Position numbers and translations under genes: made by a program. Of a DNA stretch of 64,000 nucleotides, positions 50,415-60,035 are shown in pieces. Within the stretch, counting starts at the first letter, position 1, and each line of letters begins with the position of its first letter. The stretch spans positions 128,001 through 192,000 of the forward strand of contig JAVLKG010000007.1 in assembly GCA_032128875.1 (NCBI GenBank), given 5' to 3'. The DNA is from Candidatus Melainabacteria bacterium 17Bon1m. GTDB lineage: Bacteria > Cyanobacteriota > Vampirovibrionia > Obscuribacterales > Obscuribacteraceae. The notes below the pieces were generated by a model. It saw nothing but the letters and a program-made list of their open reading frames with translations, was not told where the DNA came from and did no database searches.

Positions 50415-51557
50415 ATGAACAAGAAATCGTTGAAGCGCACTCTGGTTGCCACTGGCATCACTGGAACGCTTTTTCTTTTTGCCTTTAACTCGTCGGCTCT
50501 CATCACGTTAGCTATCACTGGTCTCGACTACCTGCGCGGCAAGACGAGCACAGTGGCACCGCCTAACGTCAACCAGACCGGCAGCGTCGTTCTCAATGTG
50601 TTCGACGGAAACCGCCGCCTGGTGCCGCCCGGGACCAAGCTTCTCGTGCGCATTATCGACGGCAATCAGAAGTTTGTCGTTGATCGTTATTACGATGGTC
50701 CATCGATTCGTTTTGATGGGCTGCCGTTTCACGACAATTTCGGCGACAACTACACCATCATCGTCTGGACCGATGGCTACAAGCAGGCTGGCTTCACGCC
50801 GGTCAAAATCAGCAACAAGCCGGAGGAAACTCCGACTCTCGACTTGATGCTTCTGCCTTCAAAGTACTCAGTCGATTTCAGCGAAGCGTCTTTCGCCGTG
50901 CTCAAGGCAGCCAACTCACCTATCTATTTCCTGCTCTTGTCGGGAGATACGGAAGCGTTTGCCGAGGCGCGTTGGAACGCTTTGATGAAGAACGACCCGC
51001 TCACCGCCCTCTGCATTCTCAACATCAGCACCGCTCTTTCCGAGTCCAAGCTCGCCTCAGGTAGCCCGCTGCTTCCTTTTGTGCGCCGCATCACCTTTGA
51101 TGCGAAGAGCCCGGACAAGCCAACCAAGAGTCACTTCTTCGGCTACGCCGACAAGCGTCTCAAGGAAGAGTTGGACGGTGAGGTGAAACGCGGAACATGG
51201 CACGCTGACCCGGGATCATTCGTCTTTCACCCCGGCTCGACATCGAGCTTCCGTGAGAGGCGGTACGGCGAAGCGAACATGCAGGTGACCTTTTACGAAA
51301 ACGATATCGTCACGATTGACGGCGTCGTTTGCGTCAAGGTCGAGATTGATATCGACTACTACCGTGACCCCGCAGCGCATGCCATTCTCGAGGTGCTTCC
51401 GCATCTCCTTACTGGTGGCGCGTCGGATCCCCTTACGGTATATCAGCTGCGATGGATTGCTGGAAGGCGCACGGGCAGTGACTTTGCTCCGCCGTACCGG
51501 ATACTTCCTCAGCAGCGCAAGCCTGCCAAAAAGAACACACGCGTTGTTCGTCCTTGA
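50415..51557 (+). CDS. Exported hypothetical protein with N-terminal beta-sandwich-like region
   Basis: Signal/anchor; DNYTIIVWTDGYK; GGAG SD. Confidence 0.7.
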   Translation: MNKKSLKRTLVATGITGTLFLFAFNSSALITLAITGLDYLRGKTSTVAPPNVNQTGSVVLNVFDGNRRLVPPGTKLLVRIIDGNQKFVVDRYYDGPSIRFDGLPFHDNFGDNYTIIVWTDGYKQAGFTPVKISNKPEETPTLDLMLLPSKYSVDFSEASFAVLKAANSPIYFLLLSGDTEAFAEARWNALMKNDPLTALCILNISTALSESKLASGSPLLPFVRRITFDAKSPDKPTKSHFFGYADKRLKEELDGEVKRGTWHADPGSFVFHPGSTSSFRERRYGEANMQVTFYENDIVTIDGVVCVKVEIDIDYYRDPAAHAILEVLPHLLTGGASDPLTVYQLRWIAGRRTGSDFAPPYRILPQQRKPAKKNTRVVRP

Positions 51558-51729
51558 AGTTTCAGGCTAGTCTCTGAATCTTTGAGCTGCGTTCGAAGTG
51601 AATGTGTCCTGAACTGCGGCCGAGGCGGATCAGTCGTTGTGCATTGTGCACGACGTTTTTGGCGCTGATGGGAGTGTGCGTGTTTTCTCTTCGCGCATTC
51701 CCAGCCTATAAACTGGGGAGTTAAATCCC

Positions 51730-52038
51730 ATGGAAAAGAAGCGTTTCAACAGCTTCTCAGAGTTCTATCCTTTCTACCTCAGCGAACACCAGGACCGAGT
51801 CAATCGGCGCCTGCACTTCGTTGGCAGCACGCTGGTGATTGGTCTGGTGCTTTTCGCACTGGTCACTCAGCAGTGGCTGTGGCTTGCGGCTGTTCCTCTG
51901 GCGGGCTATGGCTTCGCCTGGTTCGGTCACTTCTTCTTCGAGAAGAACAAGCCTGCAACCTTCAATCACCCGCTGTACAGCCTCATGGGCGACTGGGTGA
52001 TGTACAAGGACATCCTCACGGGCAAGGTCAAGCTCTAG
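51730..52038 (+). CDS. DUF962/Mpo1-like membrane protein
   Basis: FYPFYLSEH...NRRLHFVG and GYGFAWFGHFFFEKNKPATF. Confidence 0.9.
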   Translation: MEKKRFNSFSEFYPFYLSEHQDRVNRRLHFVGSTLVIGLVLFALVTQQWLWLAAVPLAGYGFAWFGHFFFEKNKPATFNHPLYSLMGDWVMYKDILTGKVKL

Positions 52039-52217
52039 TCGAGCAGCCTATTCCCGGATAACAAGGCGCTGGTAGAAACGTCTTGTTGTCGCGCAGGCGC
52101 GTGTGCGTTTGCTTGAGGAACGTGTCAGAGGTGGGTGCCTATGGTTCGGTATCCACCTCTTGCACATCATCAGCGGAGCGCCTCACCGCGCTCCAGTCCC
52201 AACGTTTTTAAGGACAC

Positions 52218-52544
52218 TTGATGGAAACCGCAAAAAATTCCGCCGCGGCCCCCGGTCGCAAGATCTTCTATCTGCCCAAGCGCGCCAATCAGGGCGGCTG
52301 GGAGAAGCTCATCGAGCTTGGCGCCGTGCAAACCGGCGAAGGCGATTACAACTTCCACAGGCTGGAAGTGCCGCAATCCTGGGACTTGCGTCCGAGCGAC
52401 GTCAGCCCCTTCCAGAAGCGTCTGTACGACGCCGAAGGTGACGCAGGCAAAATCATCGCCAAGGTCTTCTACAAGCCCGGCAGTGCCGGCGGTGGAGGGT
52501 CGCTGCACGTCTTCCTGACGGAAGACGATCCGCAGCGCGACTGA
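52218..52544 (+). CDS. Hypothetical protein
   Basis: AAGGA SD; followed by hairpin. Confidence 0.6.
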   Translation: MMETAKNSAAAPGRKIFYLPKRANQGGWEKLIELGAVQTGEGDYNFHRLEVPQSWDLRPSDVSPFQKRLYDAEGDAGKIIAKVFYKPGSAGGGGSLHVFLTEDDPQRD

Positions 52545-52568
52545 ACCAAAGAGCCGCGTCTGGTCATT

Positions 52569-52599
52569 GGGGAGAACGGGTCCGCCCGTTCTCTTCTTT
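52569..52599 (+). terminator. Intrinsic terminator
   Basis: GAGAACGGG-tccg-CCCGTTCTC followed by TTCTTT. Confidence 0.65.
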
Positions 52600-52642
52600 G
52601 ACTTGCGCATACTGCAAATCACCCAATAGAGGAAGTTTATCG

Positions 52643-52921
52643 ATGGGTGTTTTCACTATTCTTCTGATCATCTTCACAGCCGCAACGACCATCTTCACTG
52701 CGACGCTGTACGGCACTCTCATTGGTGCCAATCTCTGCAAGGTGCACTACCCGACTGCAGCCCGCTGGAGTTTTCTCGGCAGCACGGTCGGCATTGTTGC
52801 ACTTCTCGCGTTCTCGGGTGATTCGTACCAGCAGGTTTGCCTCTGGATGTCGGGTCTCTCGTTGCTCGGCGTCTTCGCCTTTCTCGTCACACTGCTCATG
52901 CGCAGTGTTGATTGGAAGTAA
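52643..52921 (+). CDS. Small membrane protein (3 TM)
   Basis: GAGGA SD; hydrophobic segments. Confidence 0.6.
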   Translation: MGVFTILLIIFTAATTIFTATLYGTLIGANLCKVHYPTAARWSFLGSTVGIVALLAFSGDSYQQVCLWMSGLSLLGVFAFLVTLLMRSVDWK

Positions 52922-53077
52922 ACGACACCAGTAGACGTTGCGTCTAACGAGTTAAGGTCCATGAAGCACAACCTCTGGAGGCGCAATCTGCCTTTAGAGG
53001 TTTTGCTTTTTGCCTGTGACTATATTATCGAAAATAGTAAGATTTTGGCTTGTAAATAGATTTTTTTAGGCAGGTGG

Positions 53078-53190
53078 CAGGTGGTCTGAATTTCTTGAGA
53101 AAATCAGACCACTTGTAACTACATGTTTAGGGTATTGCATGGCGGTTGCGAGAAACAGAAGCGCAGCACAAAAATAAACGCAGAAGAGGC
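53078..53190. repeat. Left copy of degenerate direct repeat (hairpin + gene 3'-end remnant)
   Basis: CAGGTGGTCTGAATTTCTTGAGAAAATCAGACCACTTGTAACTA matches 58335-58378. Confidence 0.75.
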
Positions 53191-53209
53191 AGTTCTCCGT
53201 CGCTGCTGA

Positions 53210-56200
53210 TTATGGCTGTTCGCTTATTTTTGCGCCTTTTGAGTACTTTGCCAGCCAACTGTATATGGCTGGCAACACGAGTAGAGTGAGAAGGGTGGAG
53301 GTGACGATGCCACCAATAACTACAGTTGCCAGAGGCTTTTGAACTTCCGCTCCGGAGCTGGTCGAGAGCGCCATTGGAAAGAAGCCGAGAGATGCCACCA
53401 TTGCTGTCATAAGAACCGGTCTCAATCGCACTTCGCAGGCGCGGCGAATAGCTGAATCGGGCTGCATGCCGTCTTCAATCAATCGGTTTATATAGGAGAC
53501 AAGAACAAGCCCATTCAATACCGCCACGCCAAAAAGGGCGACGAAGCCGATGCAAGCCGGCACGCTGAGATACATGCCACGCACCCACAAGGCCACCACT
53601 CCTCCGATCAAAGCGAAAGGCACATTTAGTAAGACCAAGAGAGCATGCTTGATTGAAGCAAAGGTGATTGTAAGCAAGAGAAAAATTATCAAGATTGAAA
53701 GCGGCACCACCAGAGTGAGTTTTTTCATTGCCCTCTGTTGATTCTCGAATTGACCGCTCCACTGCATGTAATATCCTGGAGGCAATTTGAGCGAAACCAG
53801 CTTGCGCTGGGCTTCTTGTACAAAAGACCCAACGTCGCGATTGCGCACATTGCATTGCACGACAATGCGCCGCTGTGCGAACTCTCGATTTATTACATTG
53901 ACACCTTCGTTGACTTCTATATTTGCTACTTGAGAAAGTGGCAAGCGCTTACCAGCAGAGTTTTGCACGATCAGATTTTGCACCGCTTTAGGATCAATGT
54001 TGCTCCCTTCCGGAAACTTCACTCTCAAATCAAACCGCTTGCGGCCTTCCAGTACCTCCGAGACAGGCATGCCCATTATTGCAGTCTGTACAACTGTCTG
54101 AATTTCGTTAACATTGACGGCGTATCGAGCCATGCGGTCACGATCGGGTGTGATTAGTAATTGGCCACTGCCAGTCAATTTTTCTACTTGTAGGTCCGTT
54201 TCTCCTTTGACAGTCTGAAGGACTTTCTCTACGGCAGTGGCTAGGTCAGCCAGGGTGTCGAGGTCATCACCAAATATTTTTACCGCTACATCCGAACGCA
54301 CTCCGGAGACGAGTTCGTCAACGCGCATGGCTATGAGTTGGGTAAAGCTGAAATTTCCACCGGGTACCTGTTTTTTTAGACGACTTCTCAGTTCATCTAC
54401 AAGCTTTTCCTTGGTCATTGCCGGACGCCATTTCTCTCGAGGTTGGAGAATTACATAAGCATCAGTTTGATTGACACTCATTGGATCTGTTGCCAGATCT
54501 GGCCTTCCTGTTCGGCAAACTACAGTTTTGATCTCAGGAACATCTTCTATAGCCTGCTCAATAATGTTGGAAACTTTTACTGCCTCTGGAAGTGAAATGC
54601 TGGGCAAGTTACGCGTTTCGATAATTATGTTTCCTTCCTCCAGTCTAGGCACGAATTCAGTGCCCAAAAGCGGAAGCGTAATCATGGTGATAACCAGCAT
54701 GGCAATTGCCACCATCATGGTGAGACGCCGATTGCGCAGGCACCAATCAAGACTGGAAAGATAGGGGCGTTTAATGGCATTGATGATAAAACTCTCCCAC
54801 TCCTTTACCTTGCCTCGCAGCAATAGCGAGCAAAGCACAGGCGTGAGCGTGAGGGCAATTATCAGTGAGCCAAGTAGAGCAAAGCAGACCGTAAAAACCA
54901 TTGGCGAAAACATTTTGTATTCCATGCCTTCCAGCGTCAGGATAGGCATATAAACAATGGTGATAATCAAGACACCAAACAAGATCGGTCTAGCCATTTC
55001 ACGCACCGATTCCTGAATGATTTGCAGATTACTGAATTCTTGATCTGGATTGTGAGCCAATCGGCGCAGACAGTTTTCAACCATGACAATTGAGCCGTCG
55101 ACGATCATTCCGAAATCGACGGCGCCCAAACTCATAATGTTCGCTGTGATGCCTAGTTCCTTCATGCCCATGAATGAAAACATCATTGAAATCGGAATCG
55201 CAGCCGCGACAATCAGGGCCGCGCGCAAATTGCCGAGCATAAGCAAGAGGACGAGAATTACCAGGGCGCCGCCTTCAATCAGGTTGGTTCCAACTGTATG
55301 AATGGTCTCTTCAACCAGGATTGATTGATCGTAAAACGGCTTGAGCGTTATACCTTCTGGCAATGTCGACTTGATTTGCTCTATGCGCTCTTTGACACGC
55401 TCAATTACTTCACGACTGTTTTCTCCTTTGAGCATCATTACGATGCCTGTTACCACTTCTCCCGCGCCGCTCATGGTTGCAGCACCCTGTCTGGGAGCAG
55501 TGCCTATATTGACACTGCCGATGGTGCGTACAAAAATAGGCACACCATTATGGGACTTGACGATAATATTCTCAATATCGGCTATTCCGCGCACCCGTCC
55601 TGTTCCGCGCACTGTGTACTGTTCGGCATCATGATTGATGATGCCGGCTCCGAAATTGTCATTGTTTTTTCTTAGCGCTTCAAAAACGTCTTGCACTGTC
55701 AGACTATATTGCTGTAGCTTGATTGGAGAGATGGTAACGATGTATTCCTGTGTTTCGCCTCCAAATGTATTTACTTCTGCAATTCCCGGCACCGATCGCA
55801 GCTGATACTTGATCTGCCAGTCTTGCAGGGTTTTCAAATCTGTCAGGCTGTATGACTTGCCTTCGACAACATAGTGATAGATTTCTCCCATCGCCGTTGC
55901 CACCGGACCGAGCTGCGGATCGATGCCCTTAGGCAGGCGTGCGCGGGCTGATTGCAGTCTTTCGAACACCAGTTGACGCGCGAAGTAAATGTTGACTTTG
56001 TCCTCAAAGACGACGGAAACGACAGATAGTCCAAACTTGGACAATGATCGTACTTGAGTGACATAAGGCAAGCCGTTCATGATTGATTCAATGGGTATAG
56101 TCACCAGTTGCTCAGCTTCAAGAGGTGCCATTCCTGGGGCATCCGTAAGGATTTGCACCTGGTTGTTGGCTAAATCTGGAAAAGCATCAATCGGCAGAGT

Positions 56201-56293
56201 GACAAGAGCTTGAATCCCTCCAGCCAATACGAACAAGAAGAAAATGCAAACAGGTAAACGATGTTTGACTAAGTTGGCGAAAAAACTCTCCAT
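53210..56293 (-). CDS. CusA/CzcA heavy-metal efflux RND permease
   Basis: LPIDAFPD, ANIMSLGAVDFGMIVDGSIVMVEN and RLRPVLMTAMVASLGF. Confidence 0.95.
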   Translation of the reverse strand: MESFFANLVKHRLPVCIFFLFVLAGGIQALVTLPIDAFPDLANNQVQILTDAPGMAPLEAEQLVTIPIESIMNGLPYVTQVRSLSKFGLSVVSVVFEDKVNIYFARQLVFERLQSARARLPKGIDPQLGPVATAMGEIYHYVVEGKSYSLTDLKTLQDWQIKYQLRSVPGIAEVNTFGGETQEYIVTISPIKLQQYSLTVQDVFEALRKNNDNFGAGIINHDAEQYTVRGTGRVRGIADIENIIVKSHNGVPIFVRTIGSVNIGTAPRQGAATMSGAGEVVTGIVMMLKGENSREVIERVKERIEQIKSTLPEGITLKPFYDQSILVEETIHTVGTNLIEGGALVILVLLLMLGNLRAALIVAAAIPISMMFSFMGMKELGITANIMSLGAVDFGMIVDGSIVMVENCLRRLAHNPDQEFSNLQIIQESVREMARPILFGVLIITIVYMPILTLEGMEYKMFSPMVFTVCFALLGSLIIALTLTPVLCSLLLRGKVKEWESFIINAIKRPYLSSLDWCLRNRRLTMMVAIAMLVITMITLPLLGTEFVPRLEEGNIIIETRNLPSISLPEAVKVSNIIEQAIEDVPEIKTVVCRTGRPDLATDPMSVNQTDAYVILQPREKWRPAMTKEKLVDELRSRLKKQVPGGNFSFTQLIAMRVDELVSGVRSDVAVKIFGDDLDTLADLATAVEKVLQTVKGETDLQVEKLTGSGQLLITPDRDRMARYAVNVNEIQTVVQTAIMGMPVSEVLEGRKRFDLRVKFPEGSNIDPKAVQNLIVQNSAGKRLPLSQVANIEVNEGVNVINREFAQRRIVVQCNVRNRDVGSFVQEAQRKLVSLKLPPGYYMQWSGQFENQQRAMKKLTLVVPLSILIIFLLLTITFASIKHALLVLLNVPFALIGGVVALWVRGMYLSVPACIGFVALFGVAVLNGLVLVSYINRLIEDGMQPDSAIRRACEVRLRPVLMTAMVASLGFFPMALSTSSGAEVQKPLATVVIGGIVTSTLLTLLVLPAIYSWLAKYSKGAKISEQP

Positions 56294-57507
56294 CAGCGTT
56301 CACCTGCCATCGTGCCTTTGAGCATTTCAGCTTTCAGTGTGAAACTGCCTTTGGCGACGATTAACTGCCCAGGCTTAATTCCATGTGCAATCAGATAGCC
56401 GTCTTCAAGCTCCTTAGCTGGTTCGACCACCTGTTTTTTGAAAGAGCCATCGGGCTCGACCAGGAAAACGAATTGTTCTTTGCCATACTTCTGAAGCGCG
56501 TCTTCAGGAATATATGCCAACTGTTCTGCCCGGTGCTGCTCTATTCTTACCTGCCCCACCATGCCTGGTTTCAAGTCCATATGTGGATTGTCGAGCACTG
56601 CTCGGGCGACGTAAGTTCCACTGCTATCTTCTGAAGACGGCTTGATGTAGCTCAACCTACTTCTGAGCACGCGCCCGGGAATTCCATCGGTTGTAAACGT
56701 GACTGAATCGCCTTCCTTGATGCTCTGAATTTGTTTGTCATAAACATTGATATCAAGCCAGACATGGCTCAAATCTCCAACCACGTACAGCGGTTCTATA
56801 TTGGAGACGACATCTCCTACCGTCACGGTCTTTTTGATGATCACTCCACCTCGCGGTGTGGTGATCGGGCTGCTGCTCTCAATGTGCGCCACGCTCGTAT
56901 CGCCGAGCTTGACTCCGTAGGCTGCCAGCATTGACCGGGCTTCTTCACGAATGTGAATTGCGTGTTCTTTCAAACCTCTGAGCGTTTCTTCTTCTAGTTT
57001 TTTGTCTGATTCAGCCTTTATGTAGTCCTTCTCGGCAGCGATTTTCTCTTCATACAACCCTCGAATACGGTCGTAGTTTTTCTTGGCAAGCGCAAGGCGA
57101 GTCTGAGACAGCTCGGTCTCGATTTGATTCTGGTGTGACTGGTGAATGAAGTCCCCGTATACCTTTGCCACATCCAAGTTTTGAACGATCGCCAGCGTCT
57201 GACCGGGATGAATGATGTCGCCGAGCATCACCTTGTCACTAATGACTCGCCCGCCAGACAAAGAATTGATGTGAAATACACGATTCTCATCAGCTTTGAT
57301 CGTGCCTGTTGTGGAGAACGTCTGAATATCAGGTCTTTGCCCGACCGTAACCACACTCAAGCCGAAATGTTCAATCGCCACTGGAGACAATGTGATTCGG
57401 TCGACCGGTTTGGCAGTCTCTGCGGGCTTCTCGAGAGTCTCTGGTCGTGAGCAGCCGGCAATACCGATGCACAAAACCAGCAATATAATTACTAGTCTAT
57501 ATTTCAT
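56293..57507 (-). CDS. RND periplasmic adaptor (CusB/CzcB-like), lipoprotein
   Basis: IAGC lipobox; DLSHVWL and LKPGM; stop overlaps the start of the RND permease. Confidence 0.9.
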   Translation of the reverse strand: MKYRLVIILLVLCIGIAGCSRPETLEKPAETAKPVDRITLSPVAIEHFGLSVVTVGQRPDIQTFSTTGTIKADENRVFHINSLSGGRVISDKVMLGDIIHPGQTLAIVQNLDVAKVYGDFIHQSHQNQIETELSQTRLALAKKNYDRIRGLYEEKIAAEKDYIKAESDKKLEEETLRGLKEHAIHIREEARSMLAAYGVKLGDTSVAHIESSSPITTPRGGVIIKKTVTVGDVVSNIEPLYVVGDLSHVWLDINVYDKQIQSIKEGDSVTFTTDGIPGRVLRSRLSYIKPSSEDSSGTYVARAVLDNPHMDLKPGMVGQVRIEQHRAEQLAYIPEDALQKYGKEQFVFLVEPDGSFKKQVVEPAKELEDGYLIAHGIKPGQLIVAKGSFTLKAEMLKGTMAGER

Positions 57508-57638
57508 TTTTTAGGTTCCAGACTGACTCTTCATTGACACGCTTTAAGCCAAGCGTGCTAAATCTTTCCGCGCTAAAGCAAAAGGAACATTGCTCACTCG
57601 TGCGCGCATTCCAGCAAACGCACAAGCCGCTGGTCCTT

Positions 57639-58031
57639 TTAGATCAGCAGCGCCCGATTGATTATGTATAGTCTGGTTGCAGGTTGATCTGTCTTCTGCG
57701 CTTTTGGAGGCCCACGTTGACTGCTATTTTCAGCAAGTATTTGCCGTCGGTTAAACGTAACCCTGACGATCGAATGCCAGGCAGGCGTCTGGGGCTGTAC
57801 GCTTATGTCTTTGGGATCTAATCTTGATGCGACAACGGCGTCGTGAAGGTGCCCTTCCAGGTAGGAATCTGGGTCTGTGGGAGACAGAAGTGTGCACAGG
57901 GAATTGTCAGCCGCAGCCGCATGTGCAACTGAAGAAACAGATAGCTGGTCGGGCGCACCCATATCATGCAACAGTGTGCCTGTCCAAAGAAGGACAAATA
58001 GCATCAGTGTTAGCAATAATTTGCGGGACAT
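57639..58031 (-). CDS. Small exported protein preceding RND operon (CzcI-like position)
   Basis: Signal/anchor, His residues, RGPP and a terminal ALLI pattern typical of such leader genes. Confidence 0.5.
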   Translation of the reverse strand: MSRKLLLTLMLFVLLWTGTLLHDMGAPDQLSVSSVAHAAAADNSLCTLLSPTDPDSYLEGHLHDAVVASRLDPKDISVQPQTPAWHSIVRVTFNRRQILAENSSQRGPPKAQKTDQPATRLYIINRALLI

Positions 58032-58258
58032 GAACTCGAGCATTTGCCTCAAGATGAATGCATTATTCATAGCATAGCTCAGAAGCTGGTAGGACAGTCT
58101 CATCCTTGCGGATGACGGGTTGTTTGCTTTTAGGTAGTCAGAACGGTTAGTAAAAAATCTTCTTCGTAATAAGCATTTGTTTCGCCTAAATGTGTGACAA
58201 GCCTCACATAGGATTGTGTGAGTTTGATATGGTGAATTTGTAGCTTAAGGAACCTTGT

Positions 58259-58327
58259 ATGTCCACGAACTTGAATATTGACGAAGAGCTTTTGTCCGAA
58301 GCATTGCGTCTACCCCAAGATTTTTAG
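58259..58327 (+). pseudogene. Truncated VapB-like antitoxin
   Basis: AAGGA SD; MSTNLNIDEELLSEALRL then premature stop; upstream inverted repeat CTCACA...TGTGAG. Confidence 0.55.
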
Positions 58328-58332
58328 CATTT

Positions 58333-58376
58333 TACAGGTGGTATGAATTTCTCGAGAAATTCATACCACCTGTAAC
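58333..58376. repeat. Perfect 44-bp palindrome, right copy of direct repeat
   Basis: TTACAGGTGGTATGAATTTCTCGAGAAATTCATACCACCTGTAA. Confidence 0.8.
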
Positions 58377-58645
58377 TAGATGTCTAGGTCATTCCATGGT
58401 GCTTGCAAGCAACAACAGAGAAGTATGAAAGGAATCGCAAACACACCTGTTTTCAGAATGAAGATGCCACTAATTAGAAAACCACAGCTCCAATAATGGT
58501 CAACGGGACCACCCTTGTCTGCGAACGTCATAACTAAATAAAAGACCGAGAGAGAGACTGAAAATATAGACGGGAGTGCAAGCAGGAAAGCCAGTATTCG
58601 AAGCGGTTGTGGAACTTTGAATTTGCGTTTTGGATAGCTACTCAT
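58376..58645 (-). CDS. Small membrane protein (2 TM)
   Basis: Two hydrophobic helices; stop abuts the palindrome. Confidence 0.6.
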   Translation of the reverse strand: MSSYPKRKFKVPQPLRILAFLLALPSIFSVSLSVFYLVMTFADKGGPVDHYWSCGFLISGIFILKTGVFAIPFILLCCCLQAPWNDLDI

Positions 58646-58876
58646 AGTCTTTTCCGATTGGGAAACCTGAGTAGAACACAGGTGTTTCAGCGAAATCCTA
58701 TGAATTACCCTATTTTTGTTCTAGGTAAGACATTAAGTAGTAGGGTTAAAACAAAGAACGAAGAAGCAGAAGAGGTGGGAGTCTTGGAAGGTAAGATTGT
58801 GCCGAGCGAACCGATGCTCGCCCGGCACAAAATTTATTTGGTTAGCAGGCAATTCGAGTTAGCTTGGTTCGACTGC

Positions 58877-59386
58877 TTAGTCGCCTCCGCCACCTCCACA
58901 ACTGCTGCCGCCACCACCACAGCTCGAGCCGCTGGAGCAGCTGGAACCGCCGGAGCAGCTCGAACCACCATAGTAGCCACCCGAGGATGATCCGCCGGAA
59001 CGACGACCGCGACTGCCACTGCCACCACGACGCTTGCGCGGAGGCGTGCGTTTGCTGGACGTGGAAGTCGGCCAGGACGAGGACTGCATAGGTGCTGGTG
59101 CCGGCGTTGGCTTGTCCTTGCTCAGACTGATGGGAGCCGGAGTGACAGGCGTGGGGACAACACGTGCGCGCGATTCCGCCAGTCGGTCCTCAAACCTCGT
59201 GCGCGTTGCCTCTCGCGTGGCTTCACGTGCTGCTTCGCGGGCAGCGGTGGCACGGCGAGCGGCGGCCAGACGCGATTCTTCGCGGATGCGTGCTTGCTTG
59301 CGTTCCCAGCCGATGACAAATATCACCAGCGAAACAACGCTGACCAGCGCGGCTGCGATCAGAACGTAACTCTGAAACTCGGTCAT
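58877..59386 (-). CDS. Single-TM protein with Gly/Ser/Cys-rich C-terminal tail
   Basis: GGAG SD; TM, Arg/Ala/Glu helix, tail GGSSCSGGSSCSSGSSCGGGGSSCGGGGGD. Confidence 0.8.
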   Translation of the reverse strand: MTEFQSYVLIAAALVSVVSLVIFVIGWERKQARIREESRLAAARRATAAREAAREATREATRTRFEDRLAESRARVVPTPVTPAPISLSKDKPTPAPAPMQSSSWPTSTSSKRTPPRKRRGGSGSRGRRSGGSSSGGYYGGSSCSGGSSCSSGSSCGGGGSSCGGGGGD

Positions 59387-59464
59387 GTTTGCACTCCATT
59401 TTCACTTTCGGAAAAGGTAGGAGGCGAGAAAACCACTTGTGTGGATCGCTCGCCTCCGAGTGCC

Positions 59465-59965
59465 TTAGGGCGCTTTGCGTCCTTTGGCGATCACGTTCTT
59501 TCGGTTTCCCGGACCCCAGACTGCAACGGGCGGCTCACCGAAGTGTTTCCGGTAAGACTCCAGCGTTTTCAGATACTGGTTGGCGAAAACCGCCTCATCA
59601 CCTGGCTCTCCCTGACCGGGGTCATGGTGAATGAGCTTGCCGACGACGTCGCCAAGCTCTTCCCAATACGAGCGAGTGAAGATGAGGTGCGTGTGCCACA
59701 CTTCATCAACCACGAAGGACGGAGTGACAGGGTGGTCGCAAACCGCAGCCAGGAAGATGAAGCGCTTGTACTCTTCAATCGCCTGCTGCGCGAATTCGAT
59801 GGACCAGTCCTGCTCATCCGCCAAACGCATCGAGAAAGGGTACGGAGCACCCTGTTTGTCGATGCGAAATTCTAAGATTTGCCGGCGAAGTGAGGCTATA
59901 TCAGCGACTTTACTCGGAGTTGTGCGTGCCGTCGCGGCAGCGCAATCAGGGAAGTAGGCAGCCAA
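59465..59965 (-). CDS. Stand-alone GRDP/DUF1399-like domain protein
   Basis: RLADEQDWS...AIEEYKRFIFLA...VTPSFVVDEVWHTHLIFTRSY...IHHDP; AGAGGAG SD. Confidence 0.85.
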   Translation of the reverse strand: MAAYFPDCAAATARTTPSKVADIASLRRQILEFRIDKQGAPYPFSMRLADEQDWSIEFAQQAIEEYKRFIFLAAVCDHPVTPSFVVDEVWHTHLIFTRSYWEELGDVVGKLIHHDPGQGEPGDEAVFANQYLKTLESYRKHFGEPPVAVWGPGNRKNVIAKGRKAP

Positions 59966-60035
59966 TTCGAATTCTCCTCTTTACTGTTGCAATCAGCGAT
60001 TCAGGCGAACCGCGTGCAAATGTGTGGAAATTCGA

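Noticed and set aside
53078-58378. Hairpins as integron attC sites or CRISPR repeats
   Set aside because: Only two copies 5 kb apart; no clear attC box/extrahelical-base pattern; no intI or cas genes.
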